DNA from: Candidatus Saccharimonadales bacterium
GTDB taxonomy: Bacteria; Patescibacteriota; Saccharimonadia; Saccharimonadales; UBA4665
NCBI GenBank assembly: GCA_035996265.1
Contig: DASYJQ010000041.1
Location: forward strand, 1 to 38,762
Direction: 5' to 3'
DNA length: 38,762 nt
How positions within the stretch are numbered: the first letter of the stretch is position 1; each line of letters starts with the position of its first letter. Below, piece by piece: positions 18,350 to 26,552 of this stretch. The position numbers were made by a program, and so were the translations under genes. Below the pieces are notes generated by a model. The model saw only the letters and a list, made by a program, of their open reading frames with translations, ran no database searches and was not told where the DNA came from.

Positions 18350-18643
18350 AACAACCTGTTGTTGCTCACGGTCAGCACAGGCTCCAACGGCGGTGGCGAC
18401 TGCGGCTTCAACAAGCTGCCGCTCAGCCGCCTCGTTAGGGTTGGACTGGTTCAGAACGTCATAGAGCAGACCGGCAGGATCCGGTGTATTTCTCCACAGT
18501 AGTAAGTTGCTCTACAGACATAACACAAGCGCCCTTGTTAGAAACAGCTTATTATAGCATAAACAGTTTAATTTTGCAACCTTGCAACTTGTTTGTAACA
18601 GGGTATTTGCAGATGGAGCCTAGTAGGGCATACTTAAGAGGTT

Positions 18644-19108
18644 ATGAAAAAGAAACCGGCAACTGCCGCCAAATCAATCCAGAACCGCCGCGCCCGCCAC
18701 GATTACGAACTTGGTGACGGGCTGACTGTTGGTATCTCTTTATCCGGTGCCGAAACCAAATCGCTGCGCCTGGGCCACGGGCAGTTGCGCGGAGCCTACG
18801 TCACCGTCAAAAACGACGAATTGTGGCTGGTAAACGCCACCATTAACGGTACCAACGGCATTCCCATCAATGAATCCGACCAGATCCGCGACCGCCGGCT
18901 GCTGGCCAAACGCCGCGAAATCGATTCACTCATCGAAGCCAAAACGCAGGGCCGCACCATCGTGCCGCTGGAACTGCTGACCGGCACCCGCTACATTAAA
19001 CTGCGCATCGCCGTGGGCAAGGGTAAAAAGCTCTACGACAAGCGCCAGACCCTCAAAAACCGCGAAGAATCGCGGCGCATCGCCTACGCCGTTAAATCTA
19101 CCCGCTAG
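18644..19108 (+). CDS. smpB: SsrA-binding protein SmpB
   Basis: NRRARHDY, GISLSGAETKSLR, R.RRLL..RREI, GKGKKLYDKRQ. Confidence 0.97.
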   Translation: MKKKPATAAKSIQNRRARHDYELGDGLTVGISLSGAETKSLRLGHGQLRGAYVTVKNDELWLVNATINGTNGIPINESDQIRDRRLLAKRREIDSLIEAKTQGRTIVPLELLTGTRYIKLRIAVGKGKKLYDKRQTLKNREESRRIAYAVKSTR

Positions 19109-19136
19109 TTACTAACATCAAACTTAGGCAACGGCG

Positions 19137-19165
19137 TTGCATACTCTGGTGTCTTCAGATATAAT
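19137..19165 (+). promoter_or_regulatory. Sigma70-type promoter of the tRNA gene
   Basis: TTGCAT-N17-TATAAT. Confidence 0.75.
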
Positions 19166-19261
19166 CAGCACATTCGCGCGCCTCAATTCGGAGGTAGTTT
19201 CGTCGACGCACTTTCTATTTATATGGTGAGAAAACCGTGCAAACGGCAGACTCATCTTTAA

Positions 19262-19600
19262 TCCGGGGTAGCTCAGTGGTAGAGCGGGTGGCTGTAGATT
19301 GCAGCCTGTGCGGGAAACCGCATAGTGAAAACAGGGTGAATTGCGGAGAGGTCTACGTCAACCCTCACCGGGATTGATATGAGAATCCGCAGCCAAGCCT
19401 CGACTGTCGTCGAGGAAGGTTCAGAGACTATTCCTTACGGAAGTACTGTTTGCCCGTGCGGGCAGATGGGAAGCGCCCTGTACCTACGGCGGTCACGCAT
19501 TCGTTTGGCCGTTATGGTAATGAGATAGTCCACGCCTCTACGAAAGTAGGGGATAAGTGTAACCACTAGGTCGCTGGTTCGAGCCCAGTCCCCGGAGCCA
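19262..19600 (+). tRNA. tRNA-Asn(GTT) interrupted by a group I intron (exons 19262-19295 and 19560-19600)
   Basis: The joined exons fold into a cloverleaf: acceptor TCCGGGG/CCCCGGA, D arm GCTC-AGTGGTA-GAGC, anticodon stem GGTGG/CCACT with loop CT-GT^T-AA, T arm GCTGG-TTCGAGC-CCAGT, discriminator G and encoded CCA. Confidence 0.95.
19296..19559 (+). ncRNA. Group I self-splicing intron, 264 nt, no ORF
   Basis: P1 GGCTGT/GCAGCC with a U.G pair at the 5' splice site; P2 with GAAA loop; P3 ACAGGG(19331)/CCCTGT(19476); conserved AATCCGCAGCCAAG, TCAGAGACTA and GATAGTCC (P7 GACTA/TAGTC); P9 GAAA hairpin; terminal G at 19559. Confidence 0.93.
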
Positions 19601-19646
19601 AAAGAAAAACACGTCTTCCTCGCCGAAGACGTGTTTTTCTTTTGGC
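19597..19646. terminator. Perfect 22-bp inverted repeat, probable bidirectional terminator after the tRNA
   Basis: GCCAAAAGAAAAACACGTCTTC-ctcgcc-GAAGACGTGTTTTTCTTTTGGC. Confidence 0.8.
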
Positions 19647-19697
19647 CCAAAATTGGACTTATTAAGCCAGTACTTATTTTATGTCATAATTATAAGC

Positions 19698-20648
19698 ATG
19701 CTAACAATTGAGTCGCCTCCCTTGATTGCTTGCCAGTTTGACGGGACAGCGGTGACACGGCATAGCGTTGCAGAGGACTCAGTCTTTCCAGCGCCGCAAC
19801 TATTCCCGCTGAGCGATGTCGAGCGAACGCTCGATGGCATGCTTGACGGCCCGGAGCCGTCGCCGATTGAATGTATGGAACGGGCCGTAGCGGACCTCGC
19901 CACCAAGGCACAGCTGACATATACGCTAGCAGAAGTCGTAAACAGCCGGAACAGGCTCAAACAAATTGCAGCGACCTCAGAAAGACATCCGCTTGGTTTC
20001 AAAAAAATTCCGTTGATTTCAAAGCCGGCGTACCAATTGCGCCTTAATATCTGGGACGGCCCGGTTGAATTAGAAGACGTACATCCCCACGAATTTGACT
20101 TTGCTTCTGCGGTCCTGCTGGGAAGGTTAGCTACGCGGGTGTACGATTTTCCTTCCGAAACCCCCGTTTACTATGGCACCATCCCGCTTGCGTTGGAGGC
20201 GCTAAAAAGCTCAGACGAAGCGACGCGGGCGGAAGCCCAACGTTCGCTCGCATGGCACCATAGACAACTTGGCCGCGTCATGCGGGGCGAGCCTGAAGAA
20301 TACGAACCGAGGGCAGTCTCGATGTACCGGCCCGACCGAACGCGAAGCGATCGTGAGGCAATGACTTCGCTCGGGCAAGGTTTTGCCAGGCTGGTCGGAG
20401 GCCAGACGATACTAACTGCGGGTGATTTTTACTCGTTATTACACACCACCAGCCACACGGCCCACCCGATATCCGCGCAAGAGCTGACCGCCACACTCTT
20501 TTTGCGCGGCCGGCCGATTATTGGGCGAGGTATCATCGGACGGATTCATCCTAGCAAAGTGGGCGTGGATATTGACCGCCCAAAGATACGACTGTCGCCG
20601 CGCGAAGTCAAAAATGGAGTCACTGATATAATCAGAGCATGCACATAG
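19698..20648 (+). CDS. Hypothetical protein with cupin/cysteine-dioxygenase-like motifs
   Basis: LRLNIW...VHPHEFDFASAVLLG...GDFYSL...SH: HxH plus a distal His. Start set at ATG 19698. Confidence 0.65.
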   Translation: MLTIESPPLIACQFDGTAVTRHSVAEDSVFPAPQLFPLSDVERTLDGMLDGPEPSPIECMERAVADLATKAQLTYTLAEVVNSRNRLKQIAATSERHPLGFKKIPLISKPAYQLRLNIWDGPVELEDVHPHEFDFASAVLLGRLATRVYDFPSETPVYYGTIPLALEALKSSDEATRAEAQRSLAWHHRQLGRVMRGEPEEYEPRAVSMYRPDRTRSDREAMTSLGQGFARLVGGQTILTAGDFYSLLHTTSHTAHPISAQELTATLFLRGRPIIGRGIIGRIHPSKVGVDIDRPKIRLSPREVKNGVTDIIRACT

Positions 20649-21076
20649 ATCCACGATTGAACGAAATCGACGACTGCCTGTACCGGGTCGCGATACGAGT
20701 ATTAATTGTTCAAGATAGCAAAATACTATTAGTCAAGGAAGCTTCAGATGATTGGTGGGCGTTTCCTGGTGGCGGAGTAGATCACGGCGAGACAGTTGAA
20801 TCGACTCTAGTCCGTGAGGTAGAGGAGGAGCTTGACGTACCAGCCAAAGAAGTTTCATCAGACTTCCAGATTGCATGCTACAACATCGGCAGCGTCGTAA
20901 ATACTGTTCCGCGAATGAACCTATTCTTCAAAGCGTCAGTATCGGAAGAGCGAATTGGAAAAACTGCCCATGTTGCAAAATGGGGTTGGTTTACTAAAAG
21001 TGAATTTATGAAGCTGGATATGAACTCGTCATACAATAAGGCAACGCTCGCCGCCGTAATTTTTGAATCAAGGTAA
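20639..21076 (+). CDS. NUDIX hydrolase
   Basis: WAFPGGGVDHGETVESTLVREVEEEL Nudix box. Confidence 0.93.
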   Translation: MHIDPRLNEIDDCLYRVAIRVLIVQDSKILLVKEASDDWWAFPGGGVDHGETVESTLVREVEEELDVPAKEVSSDFQIACYNIGSVVNTVPRMNLFFKASVSEERIGKTAHVAKWGWFTKSEFMKLDMNSSYNKATLAAVIFESR

Positions 21077-21137
21077 GCAAGAACGCACATCCGGTTTGCT
21101 ATTATAAAGATATTAGCCAATCATCGGAGGGAGTTTT

Positions 21138-22040
21138 ATGAGCCAAAAAATTACACCAAATCTGTGGTTCGACGGCAATGCCAAGGAGGCTGTGGATTTT
21201 TATGTATCGGCGTTTGCGGGCAGCAAGGTAGTCTCTACGGTCTATTACCCGAAGACGACCGAGGAAGGCCTGGCCGATTTTCAGCTCAACATGGCCGGCA
21301 AAGAGTTAACCCTGGATTTCGAGCTTGGCAAACAGCGGTTTACCGCCATTAATGCCGGCCCGGAATTCAAATTCAACCAATCCGTCTCATTTATGGTGAA
21401 CTTTGACCCGTCGCATGACGACCAGGCGCGTGAACATATTGATGCGCTGTGGGGCAAATTTATCGATGGCGGCGAAGCGCTCATGCCGCTTGACGCCTAC
21501 CCGTTTAGCAAACGCTACGGTTGGGTCAAAGACCGCTATGGGCTAACCTGGCAGTTAATTTTAACTAACCCGGAGGGCGAGCCCCGGCCGTTCATCATGC
21601 CGTCGCTGATGTTTGCAGGTGATAATACCAATCACGCCGAAGAAGCGATTACCTTTTACACGTCAGTATTTAAAGACGCTAAGCAGGGCACGCTGGCGCG
21701 TTACACCGAAGACACCGGCCCGGCCAAAGCTGGCTCGCTGATGTTTGCCGACTTCATGCTGGCAGGCGAGTGGTTTGCCGCCATGGATTCCGGGGTCGAA
21801 ATGGACGTCACCTTCAACGAGGCTGTTTCGTTTGCAGTATTCTGCAAAGACCAGGCCGAGATCGACTACTTTTGGGAAAAACTCTCCAGCGTGCCAGCGT
21901 CAGAGCAGTGCGGCTGGTGCAAAGACAAGTACGGCCTCAGCTGGCAAATCGTACCCGAAAACATGGGAGAGCTAATGGAAAAGCCCGGCGCTTTTGCCCA
22001 CATGATGGATATGAAGAAGATTGTTATTGCGGATTTCTAG
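21138..22040 (+). CDS. VOC family protein (PhnB/3-demethylubiquinone-9 3-methyltransferase-like, duplicated domain)
   Basis: QKITPNLWFDGNAKEAVDFY, YGWVKDRYGLTWQ, CGWCKDKYGLSWQIVP; GGAGG RBS. Confidence 0.92.
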   Translation: MSQKITPNLWFDGNAKEAVDFYVSAFAGSKVVSTVYYPKTTEEGLADFQLNMAGKELTLDFELGKQRFTAINAGPEFKFNQSVSFMVNFDPSHDDQAREHIDALWGKFIDGGEALMPLDAYPFSKRYGWVKDRYGLTWQLILTNPEGEPRPFIMPSLMFAGDNTNHAEEAITFYTSVFKDAKQGTLARYTEDTGPAKAGSLMFADFMLAGEWFAAMDSGVEMDVTFNEAVSFAVFCKDQAEIDYFWEKLSSVPASEQCGWCKDKYGLSWQIVPENMGELMEKPGAFAHMMDMKKIVIADF

Positions 22041-22164
22041 CCTCCAATATCCCGAAAAATAAGGAGTAACGTGGTACCAGATCAGCTCTTACGCGCCCTT
22101 AAGGTTACAAACTAGGCGGGAGTGTATCTTTGACAGTCTACGCCATTTATTATACTTTTACATA

Positions 22165-22611
22165 ATGAGGACTCTTCTATACGAAACCGTGCACGACCTG
22201 ACCCCGATAATCTATGAGGTAACCAAGGAACAACTCAGTATGCACCCGTACGCCGACATGTCACGGAGCAACCGCTGCCACAACCTAACGCTTAATTTAC
22301 TTCGAGCGTTAGATGGCAGGCACATAGAAGCCCGGCGCGAACTACATAAAACGTCTGGCGGGCTGTGGCACTATGTAATCGCCCATGCGCCAATCAGCGC
22401 GCCGCCGACCGAAACAGACATAATTACCGATTTAAACCCCTGGCAATTCGACGACAATCCTTCACACAGCGGTCTTTTGCACGCCGAACGTCACGAAGTG
22501 CAAGCGGTCCTTGCGACCGAAGGCGCGCCCGAATGGTTTGTCAGCCTGCGGGGTCTATCAACAATCGCCGAAGCGCACACCGAAGTACTGACGCCGTTTG
22601 CAAAATCCTAA
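22165..22611 (+). CDS. Hypothetical protein with a possible papain/transglutaminase-like Cys-His-Asp triad
   Basis: NRCHNLT...WHYVI...ITDLNPWQF; preceded by TTGACA-N17-TACTTT (22130-22158). Confidence 0.6.
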   Translation: MRTLLYETVHDLTPIIYEVTKEQLSMHPYADMSRSNRCHNLTLNLLRALDGRHIEARRELHKTSGGLWHYVIAHAPISAPPTETDIITDLNPWQFDDNPSHSGLLHAERHEVQAVLATEGAPEWFVSLRGLSTIAEAHTEVLTPFAKS

Positions 22612-22679
22612 CGGAGTTACCGCTCGGCTCGAGCATCGAAATAAACGTCATCGCCGCGAAAATGGGGTAACATACTTAT

Positions 22680-22874
22680 ATGAATCTTAGCTTTCCTGAA
22701 ATTATAATTATCCTCGCGGCGCTTTTGATTCTGGCGTTCGAAATCGCCATGTTTGTCGATATGCTCAATAACGAGCGCCTCACCCAGCAAAACAAGATTA
22801 TTTGGGCTTGTGCGATGTTGCTCCTACACCCTTTTGTGGCAATATTTTACTACTTTACCGAGCGCAGTAAATAA
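22680..22874 (+). CDS. Small two-TM membrane protein (PLDc N-terminal-like)
   Basis: Two hydrophobic helices, D...N......NKIIW...LL.P....IFYYF pattern. Confidence 0.75.
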   Translation: MNLSFPEIIIILAALLILAFEIAMFVDMLNNERLTQQNKIIWACAMLLLHPFVAIFYYFTERSK

Positions 22875-22890
22875 CTTTAGGCGATTAGAT

Positions 22891-23157
22891 ATGCACGAAC
22901 AAGAGTCCCAAGCCCAGCTAGCCGCCCGCCTTTCTGAAGCCGCCCAGCAGATAACTGTTGGCGCGCGCTACATGCATTACAAGCAGCTGAGCTACAAAGT
23001 GACAGCGCTGGCCCTGCGCGAAGAAGATAATGTGCCCTGTGTCGTATACCAGGCCGAGTACGACGACAAACTTACCTGGATCCGGCCCGTTTCCAGCTGG
23101 CTTGAGGACGTCGAAGTTGACGGTAAGACAGTAAAACGCTTTACAAAAATACTGTAA
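22891..23157 (+). CDS. DUF1653 family protein
   Basis: GARYMHYK..SYKV...VVYQAEY...WIRP...W...V...RF. Start set at ATG 22891. Confidence 0.85.
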   Translation: MHEQESQAQLAARLSEAAQQITVGARYMHYKQLSYKVTALALREEDNVPCVVYQAEYDDKLTWIRPVSSWLEDVEVDGKTVKRFTKIL

Positions 23158-23339
23158 AAAGGTCCGTAGCAAGGGCGTGTAGGTCAAAAAAGTCAGTGGC
23201 ATATCTTACAGATTCAACCTGTTATATATAACTTTTTTCACACCGTAAATCCGCAGTTGTAAATACAACAACTTACTATTGCGTACTATTCGAATATGTA
23301 TAAAACTGAAATTATAAACTAGGCCGGCTGGGAGGTCAC

Positions 23340-26300
23340 ATGCGGAAATTAACAACTTATCTACATCCGAACCGATTATTAAAGCGGGCAAAACACCTTG
23401 CCAGAGCGCTTGCCGTGGCTGTTAGTATAGCAGCGCTTGTGCTCCCGCTTTTGTGGACGCTCCCAACGTCAGCCGCTCCTAATATCAGCGAATACGGGGT
23501 TCCGACCGCGTTTAGCCGGCCCAACAGCATCACCACGGGGCCGGATGGGGCGTTGTGGTTTACGGAACTCGAAGCCAATGCCATCGGACGCACTACAACG
23601 GCGGGCGTGACCACCGAATACCCAATCCCAACTCCCGCTACGCAGCCCTACAGTATTACTTCAGGCTCTGACGGGGCGTTGTGGTTTACGGAATCTACCG
23701 GCGCTGCCGGCACCAGTAAGATTGGCCGTATTACGACTGCAGGCGTTATTACCGAATACGCCGTGCCGACAAACTCGGCCGGGCCAAACCATATTGCCGC
23801 CGGGCCGGATGGGGCGTTGTGGTTTACCGAGCGGATCCGGGGAAAAATTGGGCGTATTAGTACAGCAGGCGATGTTACCGAATACGTAATTCCGGGGATT
23901 AACAGCACCTCGCCGACAGGTATTACGGCCGGGCCGGATGGCGCCCTATGGTTCGCCGAGTCCGACACCAACCAAATTGGGCGTATTAGCACGGCTGGCG
24001 CGCTTACCCAGTATTCGCTGCCGCAAACCTTCAACGACCCTTACGGCATTACCGCAGGGTCTGACGGGGCGTTGTGGTTTACCAATCGCGACGGCGGTCA
24101 AATTGGGCGTATTAGCACGACAGGCGCTGCCACTGTGTATACTATTCCCACGCGTTCCGATGTGCCGGATATTACGGCCGGGCCGGATGGGGCGTTGTGG
24201 TTTACAAACGGCTTGGTAGCCCGCATCACGACGGCTGGCGTGCTCACCGAATACCAGGTTCCTACGGCACAAGCGCTGCCGTACGGGATTACTAACGGAC
24301 CGGATGGGGCGTTGTGGTTTACGGAATGGTATGGCAACCAGATTGGCCGGCTGGATCCGGCACCCGCAGCTCCGGCTAATCTAACCGCGCCGACACCTAC
24401 AGCTCACCCAGCCCTAACTTGGGCTGCCGTTTCTAGCGCTACTTCCTATAGCATCTACCGCAATGGCACCAAAATAGATTCAAGCACGACTGCGGCATAC
24501 ACCGATAACGCCGCAGCGGCAGGCACCTATACCTACTATGTTACGGCCACAAATACCAATGGCGAAAGCGACCACAGTAATAGTGTGAGCGTGACAGTTA
24601 CCAGCCCGCTCGTTATTTCCGGAGCAGTCAGTATTAACGGGCAACCGCTTCCGGTTTCACCGTATGTCCATGGATCGGTTATACTGACTGACCACGGCGG
24701 TACGGCGCGCGCCATTGCGCATACCGATAGCAGCAGCAACTATTCAATTGACGTGTCCGGCTTGCTGAGCGGGTCATACGGGCTAAACTTCCAATATAGC
24801 GGCACTTGGCCGCAGTTGGACAGCAATAATACCAATCTTCCGGACCAATTCTTACTAAGGTCCAACAACTGGCCCATTGACTACGCATATAGTGCGGTTA
24901 CGCAAAACCTGGCCTTTACAACCAACCGCCTGACCATTGTTGTAAAGGACACTCAGGGCAACCCGATAAGCACGCAAATAAGCGTTGGTAACGTCGGCGA
25001 CAGCACCATTGCCAACAACGACGGCTCAGGGACATTCACCGTTGTCGGCGGATACACGGGTACTACAAATTACACCGATGCTACCGGCACTATGAGTTCC
25101 GGAGTCTTCCCGAACGCCACGTACAGGGCCTGTACCAGCAACGGCAGTATCGGCAACGTGTGCCGCACATTCACCGTAACTGGCGACACTACGGTTACCA
25201 TCACCCCGGTACCCGGCGCGCCCGCCAACCTTACCGTTCCGTCGCCGACGCAAACGCCTGTGCTGTCCTGGAGTGCTACCTCCGGTGCCAGTTCGTACAA
25301 AATCTACCGCGATGACGTCGTCGTGGGTACAAGCGCGACCAGTTCGTTTACCGACACCGGCGCACCAGTAGGGCAGCACGATTACTACGTAACCGCGACA
25401 AACAGCAGTGGCGAGAGCAGCCCCAGCAACGGTGTTACCGTGAACGTGGTCAGCCCGGTAGCGATTACCAGCACAGCAACCGCCAGCACCGGTATGCGCG
25501 TGCCGTTTGATTTCAGCATAACAACTACCGGCAGCCCGGCAGCGGTCATTACCCAAACCGGCGCCTTGCCGTCGGGCATCGCACTAGTAGACAATGGCGA
25601 CGGCACGGCCAACCTGTCTGGCATAGCTCTAGCCGGCACGAACGGTAGCTACCCGATTACCATTACTGCAGATAACGGCGTTGGCGGCCCGGCCACGCAG
25701 TCATTCGTATTAACAGTAACGACGGCTACTGCAACGCCGGCAATTACCAGCAGTAACAACGATACCGAAACATACGGCGTGCCGTTTAGCTTTACGGTGG
25801 CCACCACGGGCTATCCGGCCCCTAAACTCACCAAGACCGGCGTGCTGCCGGCAGGCGTCACTTTTACCAACAACAATGACGGCACGGCTACTCTTGCGGG
25901 AACGCCGGCAGCGGCGGCGGTCGGCACATATAACTTGACGATAAAAGCCAAGAGTACGGCTAGCACGGTTACCCAAAACTTTGTGCTGATCATTACCAAG
26001 GCGCCGGTGATTAAAAAAATACCGGCAACCACCGCCCATGCCGGCGTAGCATTTAGCATGCGGGTGACAACCAGCGGCTTTGATGTTCCGGCAATCACCC
26101 AGGGCGGCACACTGCCGGGCGGCTTAGCTTTCACAGACAATGGTGACGGCACGGCTACTCTTGCGGGAACGCCGGCAACCGGTACCGGCGGCGCGTACGC
26201 CATTACCATCACCGCCAGCAACCCGCTTGGCACGTCCTCGCAAACCTTTACACTCAAAGTAAACGAAGCCCCGGTCATTACCAGTGTCGCGTCGGCCAGT

Positions 26301-26525
26301 GCCACCGCCGGCACGCCGTTCTCGTTCCCGGTTACGACGACCGGTTACCCAGCGCCTGCTGTCACTAAAAGCGGCATACTGCCCAGGGGCGTGACGTTCC
26401 AGGGCGCTACCGACACCTTCACCGGGACACCCAGAGCCGGAACCGCCGGCGCCTACCCGGTCACGATTACTGCCAAGAACAGCTCCGGCGCCGTTACGCA
26501 AAGTTTCGTTATAACCGTCCAGTAG
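23340..26525 (+). CDS. Large secreted or surface protein: signal peptide, 7-blade Vgb-like beta-propeller, two FN3-like modules, four putative Ig (He_PIG-like) repeats
   Basis: Seven I..G[PS]DGALWF repeats; two P.NLT.P...L[TS]W.A.S.A.SY.IYR...YYVTATN..GES modules; four LP.G...(DNGDGTA)..GTP-type modules; GGGAGG RBS. Confidence 0.9.
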   Translation: MRKLTTYLHPNRLLKRAKHLARALAVAVSIAALVLPLLWTLPTSAAPNISEYGVPTAFSRPNSITTGPDGALWFTELEANAIGRTTTAGVTTEYPIPTPATQPYSITSGSDGALWFTESTGAAGTSKIGRITTAGVITEYAVPTNSAGPNHIAAGPDGALWFTERIRGKIGRISTAGDVTEYVIPGINSTSPTGITAGPDGALWFAESDTNQIGRISTAGALTQYSLPQTFNDPYGITAGSDGALWFTNRDGGQIGRISTTGAATVYTIPTRSDVPDITAGPDGALWFTNGLVARITTAGVLTEYQVPTAQALPYGITNGPDGALWFTEWYGNQIGRLDPAPAAPANLTAPTPTAHPALTWAAVSSATSYSIYRNGTKIDSSTTAAYTDNAAAAGTYTYYVTATNTNGESDHSNSVSVTVTSPLVISGAVSINGQPLPVSPYVHGSVILTDHGGTARAIAHTDSSSNYSIDVSGLLSGSYGLNFQYSGTWPQLDSNNTNLPDQFLLRSNNWPIDYAYSAVTQNLAFTTNRLTIVVKDTQGNPISTQISVGNVGDSTIANNDGSGTFTVVGGYTGTTNYTDATGTMSSGVFPNATYRACTSNGSIGNVCRTFTVTGDTTVTITPVPGAPANLTVPSPTQTPVLSWSATSGASSYKIYRDDVVVGTSATSSFTDTGAPVGQHDYYVTATNSSGESSPSNGVTVNVVSPVAITSTATASTGMRVPFDFSITTTGSPAAVITQTGALPSGIALVDNGDGTANLSGIALAGTNGSYPITITADNGVGGPATQSFVLTVTTATATPAITSSNNDTETYGVPFSFTVATTGYPAPKLTKTGVLPAGVTFTNNNDGTATLAGTPAAAAVGTYNLTIKAKSTASTVTQNFVLIITKAPVIKKIPATTAHAGVAFSMRVTTSGFDVPAITQGGTLPGGLAFTDNGDGTATLAGTPATGTGGAYAITITASNPLGTSSQTFTLKVNEAPVITSVASASATAGTPFSFPVTTTGYPAPAVTKSGILPRGVTFQGATDTFTGTPRAGTAGAYPVTITAKNSSGAVTQSFVITVQ
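23480..24350 (+). repeat. Seven intragenic repeats of about 126 bp (propeller blades)
   Basis: Recurring GGGCCGGATGGGGCGTTGTGGTTT-like core; boundaries approximate. Confidence 0.85.
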
Positions 26526-26552
26526 CACATAACATCAAATAAGGGGGTGGAC

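Noticed and set aside
19109-19600. tmRNA (ssrA) next to smpB
   Set aside because: The ends form a full tRNA-Asn cloverleaf with a D arm and no alanyl G3.U70 acceptor; the interior has group I core elements rather than a tag reading frame.
19435-19650. 71-aa minus-strand ORF as an intron homing endonuclease
   Set aside because: Antisense, overlaps the exon and terminator, too short, and has no LAGLIDADG, GIY-YIG or HNH motif.
23480-24350. Regularly spaced repeats resembling a CRISPR array
   Set aside because: The repeats are degenerate, in frame and encode propeller blades; the intervening sequences are homologous to each other; no cas genes.
23340-24350. Virginiamycin B lyase resistance gene
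   Set aside because: The Vgb-like propeller is one module of a 1061-aa exported multidomain protein; fold similarity alone does not support resistance.
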